A DNA stretch of 55,350 bases, filler included, from Bipalium vagum (Eukaryota), in NCBI GenBank assembly GCA_037834085.1. It is 3 parts of 3 records of this genome, joined end to end, with 100 filler letters (N's around TTAATTAATTAA, not from the genome) between each part and the next. Parts side by side here need not be neighbours in the genome. Positions count along the whole stretch, not along the records: positions 1 to 18,325 come from JBBMKC010032574.1; positions 18,426 to 38,110 come from JBBMKC010270216.1; 1 more part is not named here. One strand, given 5' to 3'. Under the pieces are notes generated by a model. That model saw nothing but the letters and a program-made list of their open reading frames with translations, was not told where the DNA came from and did not search any database. Position 1 is the stretch's first letter. Each line of letters begins with the position of its first letter. The position numbers and the translations under genes are program-made. Of this stretch, positions 14,681 to 28,894 are shown piece after piece.

Positions 14681-16729
14681 TATAAAATGTATATTTTTGA
14701 TATAATATAAATATTAATAAGAAAAAGTAAAGTATTATGAAATATGAAAATGATTTCCCCATATTTGCTTAGAGAAGAATTTATAAAATAAATATTTTTC
14801 AATTTTGATTATTGTAAAAAAAATAACATTTTCTCCATGAATTTTTAGAGTAATTTTCCGAATAAATTATGCAAAATGGAATGTTGATCTGATTTTACCA
14901 TGATAGTTTTATATATTAAAAAAAAGTTTGATATATGTATTTTAAGTAAGGAAAATTATTGATTCCTAAAATAAGAGAATATATTCCTAATAATTCAAAG
15001 TGTATTGAAAAACAAAATATTTTTCCAAAAAAATGTTATTTGTAAACTTATGAAATATTTAATATATAATAAATAAAAATAAAAACAAGTTACATATAAA
15101 AATTTTTAAGAAACTCAAAAGAAATCTCTAAGACCATTAACATTAATATTGATTGAATCAGCTAAATTTGTAAATATTTATTGTAATATTTTAACATATG
15201 AATTTATAACAAGTCAAATTTTAGTAAACAAAATTAATTATTTTAATTAATTATATTAATTAATTTTTTTTAAAATTTTTTTAAAAATTTTTTTTAAATT
15301 ATTTTATTTTTTTTTAAATTTATTTTTTTAATTTAATTTTAATAAAAATTTTTAAATCAAAAAATTTTTTAAAATAAAAAGAAAAACTAAAAATCTTACT
15401 GAAAATGAAATTAATAAATAAATTAACATTTTCTTTTCGAAAAAAAATTATTCGTTATTCTTCTCATTTTGAAATGCAATTCTTCCCTATGAAATGAGAT
15501 TGGCTGACCAAATATTTATGACAAATGAGGAGAATATTAATTCGACCTTGTTTTATTTGCAATTTTTTATAATTTTTAATTTTTTAAAATGAATTTTTAA
15601 AATTTTTATAAAAAGACAATTTTTGAAAATCACTGAGATTGTATTTGGTAATGTTTTATTTAGTTCTAGGTTATATATACTATAAAAAATGACCGAAAAT
15701 ATAACGATTGTCGTGGAAAATGAAAGAGCTTTCTTATATATTTGAAAAAATAAAGACAAACACTATCAATTTTTGAAGTATTAAAACTTTAGAGCCTAAT
15801 ATTTTAGAGAAAGTGTACATAATGATATAATAATTGTAGAGGTCCATTATCTGTCGCCAGTTCGCAAAATAAGGTTTGTCTTCAAAGCTTGACGTATAAC
15901 TTTACGTAAGATATCTACAATATAAAATTATAATACTTATTTAATAAGTTCATATTTCACAGGCAATTTTTTTATAATTATTAAGAGCTTTTTAATGATA
16001 AAAGGAATAGTAGGATTTTATGAAACCCTCATCCATAATTCATTGGAAAGTATATTGTTGATGTAAAAATAGAATCCCAATAGAAAACATACAAAAATTA
16101 TGATCTTTTTTCAGGGTACTCACAAATATCTGGATGAAACGGGAATATTTTCTTTATAAAATTCTTTTATTGATTATAGTATTGTCCATTTTCTTTTATT
16201 CCTTTCAAGTACAGAAAATATATGTTGTATATGACAGATTTACTTTTAGTATGTATTACAAATTCAACTTGGAAAGAGTTAATGTCTTTTGTGAAATCGA
16301 ACGCTTTTCTCAGCCCGAAGCATGCTTAAGTTTACTTATTGTTATAGCCAACCTCGAATATTTAAACTAAAGTAGATCCATATTTTCTGTAAATAGCCGT
16401 CTGGCTGTGATTTCGCTAGGAACATTTTATTTCGACAGCACTTTTAAAAGGAAATAAATTATTGATCGCAATATAAAATATGTGAGAGATTATATTATAC
16501 TTTTATATTTTTAATAAAATATAAATATTCAAAAAGAAGAAATTTTCAGTTGAAGGTTCATATTTGTGAAATGACAAATCATTTAAAAACAAAAATCTTA
16601 TTCCTCTTACTACAAACAGAAAATTTTGAATTATATGCATATATTATGACGCCAAAGACTGATAAAATCATTAAGCTAATCGATATTACATTTTTTCAAA
16701 AAGTATTGTCTTTTAACTTAAATTAATTC

Positions 16730-17000
16730 TAAGTCACCCAGCAAATGCACGAAAATCATAACTTTACACGAACACACATAAAAAAATTCAAGAGATTGCT
16801 TCAATTGCTGGTGTGAGTCTTGCAACTGTCAACCGTATCATCAAGTTGAAACAAGATAGTGGATCGCTTTCTCCTAAAAGCAAAGGTCGGTGTAGTCGTA
16901 AAATGAAAATCACTGCAAGATAGGATGCATACTTACTACGTCAAAGCAAAAAAGAAATGTTATTTAAGCATAGAGGAGGTCATGTCCCTAATTGATGTGT
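16730..17000 (+). mobile_element. Internally deleted Tc1-like element
   Basis: QEIASIAGVSLATVNRIIKLKQDSGSLSPKSKGRCSRKMKIT (paired-like HTH) joined to a Tc1-type end, HRGGHV. Confidence 0.8.
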
Positions 17001-18325
17001 TTGAATATAAAATTTTCTGTAAAATACTCTATGTACAATTTTAGTTAAATAAAAAAAATTTTCGATAATATATTTTTATTTGTTGTTTTCAATTAATTTG
17101 CAAAAGGGTTGACATATAATTGTAAATGATAAAGCACTTATTTATTAATTAGAGATAAAAATTAATTACAATTTTATTAACAAAATTAATATGATAAATA
17201 ATACTGAGAATTTTATTATAATTTATTTTATTTTGTATTAAAATTTTTTTTGTTTTTTCTTTTAAATATCGACATTGCACATCTGCTTTATAATTTCTAT
17301 CATTAATACAGGGTTTTTATAATGTATGAATTTCATAAAGGATTAAATAATCAATAATAAGCACTGCATATTCAAAAAATCATCATTATCTAAAATAAAA
17401 ATAAAAAATAATAATAATAAATGATATAAAATAAATACAGAAAAGCAATCACATTAATGAAATAATTTTTCAACACCCCTATTTTTTCTTTACATTTTTT
17501 ATTTGTAATTTCCATTAATTCTTAAAATAATTTTCAGTACTTCGTCATATTTGTTTTCTTATTTCAAAATCAATTTTTAATTTATGGAAAAAATAACTGA
17601 GATTATTAAATTTTATTTTAAAATATTAAAAATGATATAAAAATTACTCATTTTTACTAAAAATATTTAAACGGATGAAAATGAAAATTTTATATCATTA
17701 TTTTTAAATCCGAAAGACATTAATGAAGCCGAAATAAAATTTCTCAGTATTTAACAAGAATAAATAAATAAATAAATATGGAATTATGATAACGGGTAGA
17801 AATATAGAAAATATTGAACTAGAAAATCCATTCAGTTAGACGTTATTTTTACACATCAAACCATTTTTTTACATCATCATTTTACATAAACTTCTATCTC
17901 AATCAACTGATAGGGAGGCTATTGAAAATAATTATAATAAAAAGTTTCATCAAAAGTTCAGAAAATTATTTTTTAAAAAATACCTTCCTTGTTTAGGAAA
18001 AATATTTTTCCAATGTGAACAATAAAATAATATTTCTGTAAATGCTTTTGACAATTATTGTTCTTAAAAAAATGACTAATTCCTTCAGAATATTTTTAAT
18101 AAAATTTTGTATTTTCATTCGGCCGCTCAAAAGTTTTTCCTGTCAAAAAATAAATAAGCAATATAAAAGGAATATAATTAATTTTATTTTACAATGAAGG
18201 TACAACATTAAACTACATATATACAGTACCTGGCCATTGAAATAGACCCAAGTATGTTTTTACAAACAATGTTATTTCACTGAACTAATTTGATTATGAT
18301 TCCACCTGTAATATTTTTATTGTAT

Positions 18326-18425
18326 NNNNNNNNNNNNNNNNNNNNNNNNNNNNNNNNNNNNNNNNNNNNTTAATTAATTAANNNNNNNNNNNNNNNNNNN
18401 NNNNNNNNNNNNNNNNNNNNNNNNN
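18326..18425. other. Assembly gap with synthetic TTAATTAATTAA linker
   Basis: 44 N, TTAATTAATTAA, 44 N. Confidence 0.97.

Positions 18426-18498
<73 letters not shown>
18426..18498. repeat. (ATT)n microsatellite abutting a gap
   Basis: Directly visible. Confidence 0.95.
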
Positions 18499-18499
18499 C

Positions 18500-18756
18500 A
18501 ACTATTTAAACATAAGGATACATTTATAACCAATAAGATGTTTCAAAACAAAAGTGACCTTCAAGAAGTCATTCTTTATTTTTTGAGTCCACAAATTATG
18601 ACATCATGAAAAGGGAAATTATGATTTATTTTGTTAATAACAGATGTTTATTGAGAACAATGGAAAATATTTTGATGAATAAAATATTTTTCATAGGTTT
18701 TTTTATTTAGTTTAGTTACATTTAAAAACCTCCATTTAACGTGAGACAACCTGATA
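18500..18756 (+). mobile_element. Mariner 3' fragment, same family as 7670-7938
   Basis: ENNGKYFDE* C-terminus and TIR ...CGTGAGACAACCTGATA. Confidence 0.7.
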
Positions 18757-21700
18757 TAAAAAAGTTATTGCTAATACAATAAATATTACTTCAAGTTAGC
18801 AATATATTTCATACAAAAGTATACTTGACATTAAAGTTTTAGAAAATATAAAATTTTGAGCTAGTTCATATGTTCAGAATAAATATGATGCCATCATTCT
18901 TCATATTTGAAAAAAATATTTCAATGAGACATATAATAAATATTTTTATATTTAATAATTAGGAAATCATTTTTTATTATTTTGACATAGTACAATTTTT
19001 TCAAGTAGAATTTATTTAGTAAAAATGAATTCCCAGGTGGGCGTCTATTTGTAATGTTATAATTTAACAGTAGTCTTTGCCAAAAATTTCAAATTGATAA
19101 TATCAAATTTATTAATATTCTTTTAAAATATAAATAATAATAACTTATAATTTGTAGTGATCTTATATCAACTAAATTACTAAAACAATAAATAAATATT
19201 ATTTTTTGTTTATATATTAAAAAGATATCTATTAAATATTAAATAAACTTGTTTTTACTATTATTAAAAATAATAATTTTTAAAATAATTTTATAAATAT
19301 TTCTTTCATTATATTTATATAAAAATAACTAAAAATTCAATATCTCATTTCAAGGAACAAAATTAAAAATTTTAATATTTATATTGAGAACGCTTGATAA
19401 TAAAATTACTTAATAATAATAATAAAAATAAAATAAAAATAATTCAGTTAGTTATTTTAATTAATATAAAAGAGTTTGAATTTTAAAGATATATGTTAAG
19501 TTAGTAGGCTATGATGATAATAAAATATCTTGATCAATTTTTCAGTTGATTTTCTCTAAATGTCCAGAGTCAATTTGTAAAAGATAAAAGCTTTCTTTAG
19601 ATTAAAAAAAAGAAGAAATTAACTAATATGTTTAACAGAACAAAAATATATTTTATATATATTTATTTTATTTTATTAAAGTTTTAATAATCTCTTAGTT
19701 TGTTTCAAGCGAAGAGTTCTTTTGATAAAACCTAACAACTGTCGAACTGATTTCACCAAACATCTGTGATCTCTATCACATTTGTAATACTTTTTAATCC
19801 TTATTTCTGTTTTTTTAAATTTATTAGTGAATATTTGTGAATATATATATATGAGAGAAGCTGAATAGATTTTCCAGCTATCATTTTGTTGATGTTTAAG
19901 CTTTTTCTTTTGAAGAATATTTGTAATAAAGTTATAATAAATAAGACATATTCTAAATATTCATATTTTATTATTAGCATCTAAAATAAAAGATGTTAAT
20001 AGATATATAGCTACACAGAAATGATAAGATATCTTTGGTTGTAAAATCTTAAGTCTAGCTGATTTTTTTAAAAATTATATTAACGCAGCTTTGCTCTCAG
20101 CTCTTTTATGCATAATATTTTTACGAAATCTTTGGTTAGTTGAAAACTGGTTGTTAATCAGAGGATTATCGAAGCATAAATCTGATTCCTTCATTATTAA
20201 TTCAGTTTTATTTTTTAAATTTTATATTTTTTTGTTTCTCTTATCATTTATCTTTTTGTCTTCTCAACGTCAAGTAGGGCGGAGAGGCGCTTTTTACTTT
20301 TGAGGGCTCTTGAGGTTAAGATAGCGAAGATCATAATTTAAATTACTTGACTCTAATTCTTTTTCTGGATTCATCAATAATAATAACAATTTGTTCAACA
20401 AAGTTTTGATATTAAAAAAAAATTTAACCAATTTAACTAACGTTATCAATTAACTATTTATCACCCAAGCAAATTCGAAACTTAACACTATAAATAGATT
20501 ACTTGTAATCAGAATAATAATTATTAATCAAATAAATAAAAGCAATGCGGGGCGTGTTTTCTATCACCTTTTGAACAATCCGCGCAAAACACAAAAATCA
20601 ATATTTGAATAATTGTCAAAAATTATAATCGACATATTTTATATTTTTCTCTCATTTCTTAATAATAAAGCTAAAATAAAATTCTCAATAGGTCTTCTCT
20701 TTTATTATAAATTGACTTATTTACCTGGTTCACACAAAATTAAAATATTTATACAATAATTTGTTTAATTAAATTTATTTTTCATAAATTCCTGACAATT
20801 TACCTAATTAAAAGGACTTCGATTATTATTATTTTTTATTTTATCGAGCAGAAAAATTCAAGAAAATGGTAACCGTAAAATCTAATTATTCTCGTCTCTA
20901 CATAAGAATAATACCAGGCATTAATTAGACCGTGCTCATTTTTTATTAATTTTTAATTAATTATAATTTTTATTTTTTTATGTAATTTTTTTCTCTCATT
21001 ATTTTTTCATTAATAAAGAAAACTAATTTTTTAAATTTATTATCCTTTTTATTTTAAAAAATAATATTTTATTAATTATTATTTTCATTAACAATAAAGT
21101 GAAATCAATATTAAAAGGAGGGGGGGGGTGAAAAGATTTTAAAAAAACATTTTTTTGAAAATGTGAAGTCAAACTTATCATATATTGTTTGATCCATCAG
21201 ACGAAGATCTGTGATAAGCGTGCTATAAAATATTATAAATAAATTATTTTTCCTAATTTCGATATAAAATAATAATAAATTAATTCTTAACTGCCAAATC
21301 AAGTAATTATTAATGACATTTAATTCCGTAGATAAATTAATTTTCGTTGAAAAGAAAACGCGGTGCTATCATAATCCATCAGAACGAGACAAAAGGTAAT
21401 ACTCGGAGGCCTTTAGAAATAATTGATAGAGTGACGATCACAAAATATATTGTTAACCCCCAACGACCGTCAATGGGTGACCGAATTAAAATTTAATTAA
21501 GAAACTGAAGAGGAAGTGATCACTGTTAACTATTGATAATAAAGCCCAAAGAATTACGACAATGGCTAATCTGATTAGGCGAATTAGCCTCAGTCTGCGT
21601 TATAGTATTAAACCCGGCTATTTTGGTTGAGTTCTATTGAAACAATTGTATTAATTCATTGATGTTTGGAGATTATTTTCCATTATGGTCATTAAAAGAA

Positions 21701-22264
21701 GCTTTCCAATCTAAGTGGTAATGTAAAACATTTTATCTTTAAAATACAGCAATGATTTTTTTTCTAACATAAAGAATATGGCTTGTAATATTTTTCAAAA
21801 AAATGCTAATATTATTAAAACAAAGATAATTTCAGCTCGGATTTATTGGTTTAACAGTTACTTTGTTTTATTTTCTTATTTAATTATTTAATAATAATAA
21901 TTTAAATAATATTAATAAAATAAAAATTATAATATTTAAAAATGAATTATAAATATTATTTATTATTAAATTAATGAATATATAATAATTTAAAATTTTC
22001 ATGGGCCTATAAATAAAATTTTTTGAATATTCAGATTTATGAAGTGTAAAATAAAAATAATATAATATTTTATATATACAATCCCCGCGGACATTCTTAA
22101 AATTCTAGAGAAAAACACTTATATGATTCTAGTCATTAATATTTATTAAGTACAACTGTAAAGAACCTGCATATTTAGATTTCTCTACAAAATATTATTA
22201 AATCATTAATCAAAATTTTTTAATAAAAAAATAAATAAATAAAGAATAAATAACTAAAAGATAA

Positions 22265-22311
22265 ACTAGGCTTTTTTACATGGTGGCCAAAGACTTTTGG
22301 CGGGGACTGTA
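22265..22311. mobile_element. Isolated Tc1-type terminal inverted repeat
   Basis: GGTGGCCAAAGACTTTTGGCGGGGACTGTA, whose reverse complement TACAGTCCCCGCCAAAAG is a typical Tc1 end. Confidence 0.55.
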
Positions 22312-22410
22312 TTATTTTGTTTTAAATCAATTTCTTATTTCGATCAGATCTGCATTTTCTTACATAAATATTATTACTTCGCTCAAAACTGGATGAAGAA
22401 GTTTCTTTTT

Positions 22411-23750
22411 AACGGATGGCCGGAAAGTTCTAGCACAAAACATATTGCCAAAAAACCACGTTGATTATTTTTAAAAAATCAGTTCCTTAGCTTACTTAAT
22501 TTGCTTTTCATTAGAAACACATGACTGGGATGAAAACCTTTATATAAAAAAGAGGGTATATGGAAACGACCTCATTTTGTCATAAGAAAACATCAGATAT
22601 TATTAAACATTTTCATGCTGAACGTATTTCTTAGACCAACAATTTATCATGTCATCAAACATTTAAGAAATGGTCTACCATATTATGACAAGCCTAGAAC
22701 AGGTCGTCCTTCAAAAATGAACCACCAGATTTAGATAAAAGTTATGAAATACGGTTTAAAGATGTTTGGACAATAAATTTAACTCGTTCAAAACATGTAG
22801 ACAAGAAAATTTGAAGAAGACGAATTTTAAATATTCTTAAAGACAGTGTGCACCAAAGTTTACCGAAAAGCAAATTGGACAAATGTCTAAGAAGTGTCAA
22901 AAGTTAAGAAGATTGATTTCGAAACTTGTACTATTGTTGATGAATAAAAATATTTCATACAGCCGGCCATACAACCACTACAAAACTCAACTGTTAACAA
23001 AAAACAACAAGAGTGAGTTGATCAATACCTGTTACTTATTGGTCACACTGTAAATGGATTGTGGAGAAACTTCTCTTCCTCTGATGAGAAACTGTTTACG
23101 ACTGAATGAACTCAAAATCGTCAAAATTACAGAATACGGTCTCAAGAATCTCCCAAACAAACTGCGTTATTGAAAATAAACAAAATTTGCAATCTCTAAT
23201 AGACTGTGGGGGGTATTTGTTCAACAAGAAAAAATTCCTCGTTTTTTAAGATCCAGATCAGCGCAGAGTCCTATCAATCGGATATTTCATAATCAGTTGT
23301 GATGCCTTAGGCCCAACAGCATTACGAAAAACAAAATTTGAACAACAGGATTCAGCACCGGCGCATAGAGCTAATTCAACACAGCGGTTCTGCAAGAAGA
23401 ATTTCTCGGAATTTAGAATTTCAGCTGAAAGGCCTCTATACTCCTCAAACCCTAACCATATGGATTACAGTGTTTGGTCTTTTTTAGAGACAAGTGTTTA
23501 ACCTCTCTCGATGTCTTCTTATTAGCAGAATAGAAAAAAACATCAACAGAAGAACTGCGGCGCACTTTTAAGAATTTTTAAAAGTGCTTACAGCTCTGTA
23601 CACGGACCAAGGGTGGTCACTTTGAATATTGTTAAAATTTAAATAAAGATCTTTGTTGCTGTTAATAACTTTTTGTTTAAGCAATATTTTAAATCTTATT
23701 AAAAATATAGCTAATTGTGTTTGTCAACGTAATTTCCTGTCATCCTGTAT
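22411..23750 (+). mobile_element. Decayed near-full-length DD37D (maT)-type element
   Basis: DKPRTGRP, SSDEKLFTTE..QNRQNYRI, QQDSAPAHRA...NHMDYSVWSFLE. Imperfect TIRs ACGGATGGCCGGAAA and TTTCCTGTCATCCTGTATA; about 1.34 kb. Confidence 0.88.
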
Positions 23751-23899
23751 AAAATCAAAAATCGATCTTGAAAATGTCTTCGTATCCATGGGAAAACTTT
23801 TTGTCTGAAAATTTCTCGTTAATCTTCCTTTTAAACTTTGACATCCCTTGGATTGAAATCAATTGACCCCTGTTCCTGTTTTCATGAGTGACTCCAATT

Positions 23900-24330
23900 T
23901 CTTCATCAAGAGCAATAGTCTAGACTGAGAAGTTTTGATTGCCTTGATGATTGTAACTCTGTTCAATGTTGAACCATTTCTCAGCCTTAGAAAAACGCAT
24001 CTGCCTCATACTGCCGGAAAGCTTTAAAAAATAGCTTGCATCTATCCAGATATTTTCCCATAGCAATATTGTTCATATTCCTTTTATCATCTTTCTGGAA
24101 ATCATTCAAAGATCTTTTATTTTGAATTCTTTGTACTAATATGGCTGATAACTCAACCTTTTTGATGTCTCTCTTGCTTGCTTTAAATTCCTCTCTGAAG
24201 CTTATACATATTTTTTCAAAAATAAACTTGGTACGGGAATATTTAAGCAGAAAATTGCCGGAACATCGAATGCTATTATACTCCAGGGACTTCAATCAGC
24301 AAAGATTGGACACTTTCGTCAGGTGACAAG
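23900..24330 (-). mobile_element. Second DD37D-like transposase relic
   Basis: LSAILVQRI...KYLDRCKLFFK, then after a frameshift FSKAEKWFNIEQSYNHQ (compare FSDEK.F.IEQ..N.QN). Confidence 0.6.
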
Positions 24331-25336
24331 AAATATTATTAAAACAGCAACAGGTTTTCTTTACATACATTTATAAAGCGCTACAATGTATATAAATAAA
24401 TATGTTTATAACTTTTTTCTTATTCTTTTTTAAAAGTTAAAAGATCTAAAATTGAGCTTTAAATAGGAAATAGGTTCATGATATATTGATCCTATTTTTA
24501 AACATTTTTGCTCAAGGTTTCTTGTTATTTCTAAATGGTTTCTTTCACTTAAAAGTTGGAGTTCAATAATATTTCTATATTGAATTTGTGAGTGCTTAAA
24601 TAATATTTAATATAAATAAAATAAAAGTCTCAATAATACAATTGATTTAAACAAAAAATATCAATTATGATTGGATAGAAAGTGAATATATATAAAATGT
24701 TATAAATGATTCTTTTTGATGGCTTTATGATGGTCCGATTGAGGAAAACTAAACCAAAAAGGAAATAAGACAAAATTGAACATTTCATCTGAAAATTATC
24801 TGAAAAAAATAATATTTCATCAAAAAAGAAAATTATTTTCAAAATATTATAATAATTATGCAGAAAAGATAAAATATTTACATTTTTTTATTTTGCATTT
24901 GCTAAGATTGATTTCAGAATCATGCCAAAGTAGCCTTGTATTGATTTTTGCTTAAAGTCACTGGAAGACTTCATTTACAGAAGAATGAACATTAAAAATT
25001 ATTGGTTTTTATTTATTAAAAAAGCTAATTAAATAAATATTTTTCAATGGAATAATTTTCTCCGTTCTGGGTGACATTTGGTCAAATCTTTTATTGAGCT
25101 TCTGCCACACGGTAACAGATTTTGTTCTAAGGAAATTAAAATTATAATTCATTGCATTTCAAATTTAAGATAGAATTAAATAAAAATAAACTCTAATATA
25201 TATTTAATTTTTATTATTTTAATTTTCTTTGTTTGAATCGAATATTTAAACTTATACCAAATTATAAAAAATATTGTATATCAATTAATTAATTAAAGTT
25301 ATAATCAATTATTAATTTAATAATATTATTGTTATT

Positions 25337-25487
25337 NNNNNNNNNNNNNNNNNNNNNNNNNNNNNNNNNNNNNNNNNNNNNNNNNNNNNNNNNNNNNNNN
25401 NNNNNNNNNNNNNNNNNNNNNNNNNNNNNNNNNNNNNNNNNNNNNNNNNNNNNNNNNNNNNNNNNNNNNNNNNNNNNNNNNNNNNNN
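25337..25487. other. Assembly gap
   Basis: Run of N. Confidence 0.99.
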
Positions 25488-26070
25488 GAATTGAGAAATA
25501 TTAAATATCGCTATTCAATTTAAATTAATTAATTAATAATCAATAATTTCAAATCATTAATTTAATAATAATTAAAATTAAAAAACATTTATTTATTATC
25601 AATAATCTTGTTTTTCATAAATGAAATTTTTTAATTTAATATTTAATATATTAATAATAAAATTCAATAAAAAACGTGAAAGTGTATGAAAGCTCTTTAT
25701 GTACCGAAAAATCATAAAATTGTGGTAAAGAAAAAACCACATTTCCCCAGGTTTACCGATTTTCAATTTGGACTGGTGCGACATCGCACAAATTTTAATG
25801 TCAACTACCACAACCAGCGAGAGAAATTAAAGAAGAAATGTGCAACTGAAGTTATTTCTTTATCCCATTTCCAGTGCAGGGAAAATTTTTTGCAGTGCTT
25901 TTTTTACTTTCCAATTCTGAAAAATCGTTTTCGAAAAAGAGGAATGATAAAAAAAAGAAATAAACATGATTGTGAAATAAGACTGAAAAATTCATGACAT
26001 TTCAGACAATTTCTCCAAAGTCCTGTTTAAATTTTTCAAAGAAAATGGTCAGTAAACCCCCAATACGTAC

Positions 26071-26191
26071 TTCAATGATTTGTGAAAGGCGGCCACATCA
26101 GACTCAAAAACTGCCGTTTGATCCGGGATAAATCGGAATTCACCAACGTAATTCGGTTTCATATTTGCAGGATTATAATCTCCCAGTTCGG
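26071..26191 (-). CDS. PTPN4: PTPN4-like FERM exon 6
   Basis: 121-bp exon SELGDYNPANMKPNYVGEFRFIPDQTAVFESDVAAFHKSL (FERM-M ELGDY...FIP.Q..FE..+...H); TTCAG acceptor and GTACGT donor. Confidence 0.92.
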
Positions 26192-26504
26192 CTGAATTTT
26201 AAACCATATTTAAATGAATAGCATGATTATGAATAGCGTGATTATATTTCCTTACATTTTTGTAAAAGTAATAATAATTATTATTATTATTATTAATAAA
26301 TAATAATATTAATAACAGTAAATAGTAATAATAATAATAAATATTATTATTAATATTAATATTAATGGAGAGATAATCGTTGGGGACAATTTCTGAGAAA
26401 TTGATTTCCATAATTCTTTCAATCCCGTAACAAATTGATATGAAAAACTCTTCAAAGGTTTATTTATGTCTATGTCTAATAAAACACATTCAAAATCCAC
26501 TTAC

Positions 26505-26602
26505 ACTGCAAAGAACATCCAGCGAGTTGAATGGCCGTTTCCTTTGGACAAGAGATTCGACTGCTAAATACATCCTGTTTTGTTTGCAGAAACAATTGGT
26601 AC
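26505..26602 (-). CDS. PTPN4: PTPN4-like FERM exon 5
   Basis: 98-bp exon RYQLFLQTKQDVFSSRISCPKETAIQLAGCSLQ, compared with [33 protein letters not shown]; CAG acceptor, GTAAGT donor, phases match neighbours. Confidence 0.92.
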
Positions 26603-28894
26603 CTGTTAAGTGTATTGTTTAATAAAGGTTTTTTTAAAATATTAAAAAAATTAAGAAAATATACGGAGATAAATTGTAAAATAAATCCCCTCATTTCAAT
26701 CACGAGAACATTGTCGAAATAATCGAAATGATGTCAAAATAATCTGATTGAACTGGTTCGATTTAAATTGAAAACAACCTTTGAGTGATAGTTGTCAAGT
26801 TCTCAATTGAAATATATTATTTTTATTTATACGTTCAATCTTAATGAGTTCACCTTTACTATTGGGGGTTACTGAAAATATTGTCACATAAAAAACGACG
26901 AAACGAATCTAGATGTAAATTGAATGATAAAGTAATATCTTTCCAACTTCATCAAATAATATGGGAGCAAGTAAAATCCAATACTATCAAAACATGTGTA
27001 GCAGTAATATGGAAATGTCCGTTTTCTTCAAATTTATTGATTTTTTAAAAAAAGAATTATTACTTAAATATTTTATTTATTTTTAAAAAATTTTTTTTAT
27101 TTAAATATATTTAACAAAGATTAAGACGAAGAAAGGAAATCAAGTGGTTATGAAAAATTAGAGCCCATCGATGTTATTCTTCTCTGTGTCAAGTGTCCCC
27201 TTACCTATTTCCATGAAAACACTAACTGAAGTCGTCAATTGCAAGTGACTTTTTCCATAATTTGTCAAAAAAGGTCACGGGTCACGGTTATATCTGGCAC
27301 AAGAAGCGCTTTGTGAATGGTATTTAGGCTCTCTTAAAAGTATTTCAAAAAAAATGTTCAAATGGTTAAAATCTTTTGTTAATCTGTAATGTTTCCTTGA
27401 ATTTGAGGATTTGACCAAGTGGAACTTTCATCAACCCTGAGAAATATATTTTTAAGCAGATCTCTTCAAATATTTAATACGACAAAATGATTCTTTTATC
27501 ATTTAACAATGGAATTTTAGGAAGTATTATAAAATCAATAAATATATTTCTAAATCGGATCAATAAAAGTTGATTAAAATTTCTTATATTTATTTTTAAA
27601 ATTTTCATTTCATTGATTGTCTAAAGAATTGATTTTTTGTTAATATTTGTTCATTGAAATTTTTTATTGAATCAATTAGTACAATTGAAATGAGTTCTTT
27701 TTTCAGTCGTCAAGTTCTAAAACAATTTATATTATAATTTTTATTTTTATTGATTATTATTTTTTTTTATTATAATATTACTATTATTATTAATCAATAT
27801 ACCCACAAAATTACCAATAAGATTTCTCAAATATCAGAAATGTTTAAATTTACTGAAAAATATTTTAAATCAATTAATAAAAAACAGAAAACTATTCGCT
27901 AATTTATTAATTATAAAAAAAATTAAAATACATTACTATTTTAATATTATTAATATATTTTAATTTTTAAATATTAATTTTTAAAAAAAGTATTAATATA
28001 AAAATTAAAATATTAATGCATATTTTTAATTGGTAAAAATGGCCATCTTTCTTTATTTTGTAAGACGAAAATGGAAAAAAAATCAATAGAGACCAAATTC
28101 TAATTTTCCCTCAATTCTATCCAAAAAATCTTTAAAAGGTTGTCGTGGAAATCCTGTTAACTGTGACATCAAAGTGCTCAAGAAATCAGATGGAAATCAA
28201 TCAACAATTAATTTAATAACATCAAACGGTCAACTGGTCCCAGCACCATGCACATTGGTTCGTGGACATGGCATTCATCGCAGACAAGACAGAAAACGAG
28301 ACAAAAGTCACCAAGTGCTCTCAAAATCATTAAATGCCGTTTAGCAAAATTGACAGTAATGAAATTGACAGATCTTGCGACTCAGCAGCACTGCACACGA
28401 TTTATTGATTTTTTAATTGAATATTTGATAAATCGATAAATTCACATAATCAGTTGCACTTTATTTGAAAAGGGTCTCCTGTCGTCAACAAGACAACTGT
28501 ATTTTCTGGAAACGGATCGATTTTAACGTTACCTAATTGCTCCTATCACCTGCCCCAAGAAATATTATTAAAACAAAGAGACGACTTTTTTAATTTGATG
28601 ATGGCGAGAGGGGTACCAGATGGAAATTAACGGTAATTTTCTCCAATGAAATATGCAATTCTGCCTAAAAAGTTAAGTTACTTTTCCAAATCAATATTGA
28701 AATACTTGCTTAAATTTAAAGTCGGGAAAACACACAAAAATCAAAAATAATTACCGACAACCACGACGTTAAAAAATAAAACGACAACATATATTTTTCT
28801 CACTATTTTAAAATAGATTTGACGAGTTCATTTATTAAAAAGATTCATCGAAATGGATTCAGATCAAAAGGAAACCGATTTTTTCGTTTCATTC

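Noticed and set aside
18370-18381. Palindrome TTAATTAATTAA, also at 38155-38166
   Set aside because: Identical placement between 44-N runs indicates an artificial six-frame-stop scaffolding linker.
20850-20937. Candidate PTPN4 exon 7 (GLINAWYYSYVETRIIRFYG)
   Set aside because: Spacing to the YG motif is off, the EA.E motif is missing and there are no suitable splice sites.
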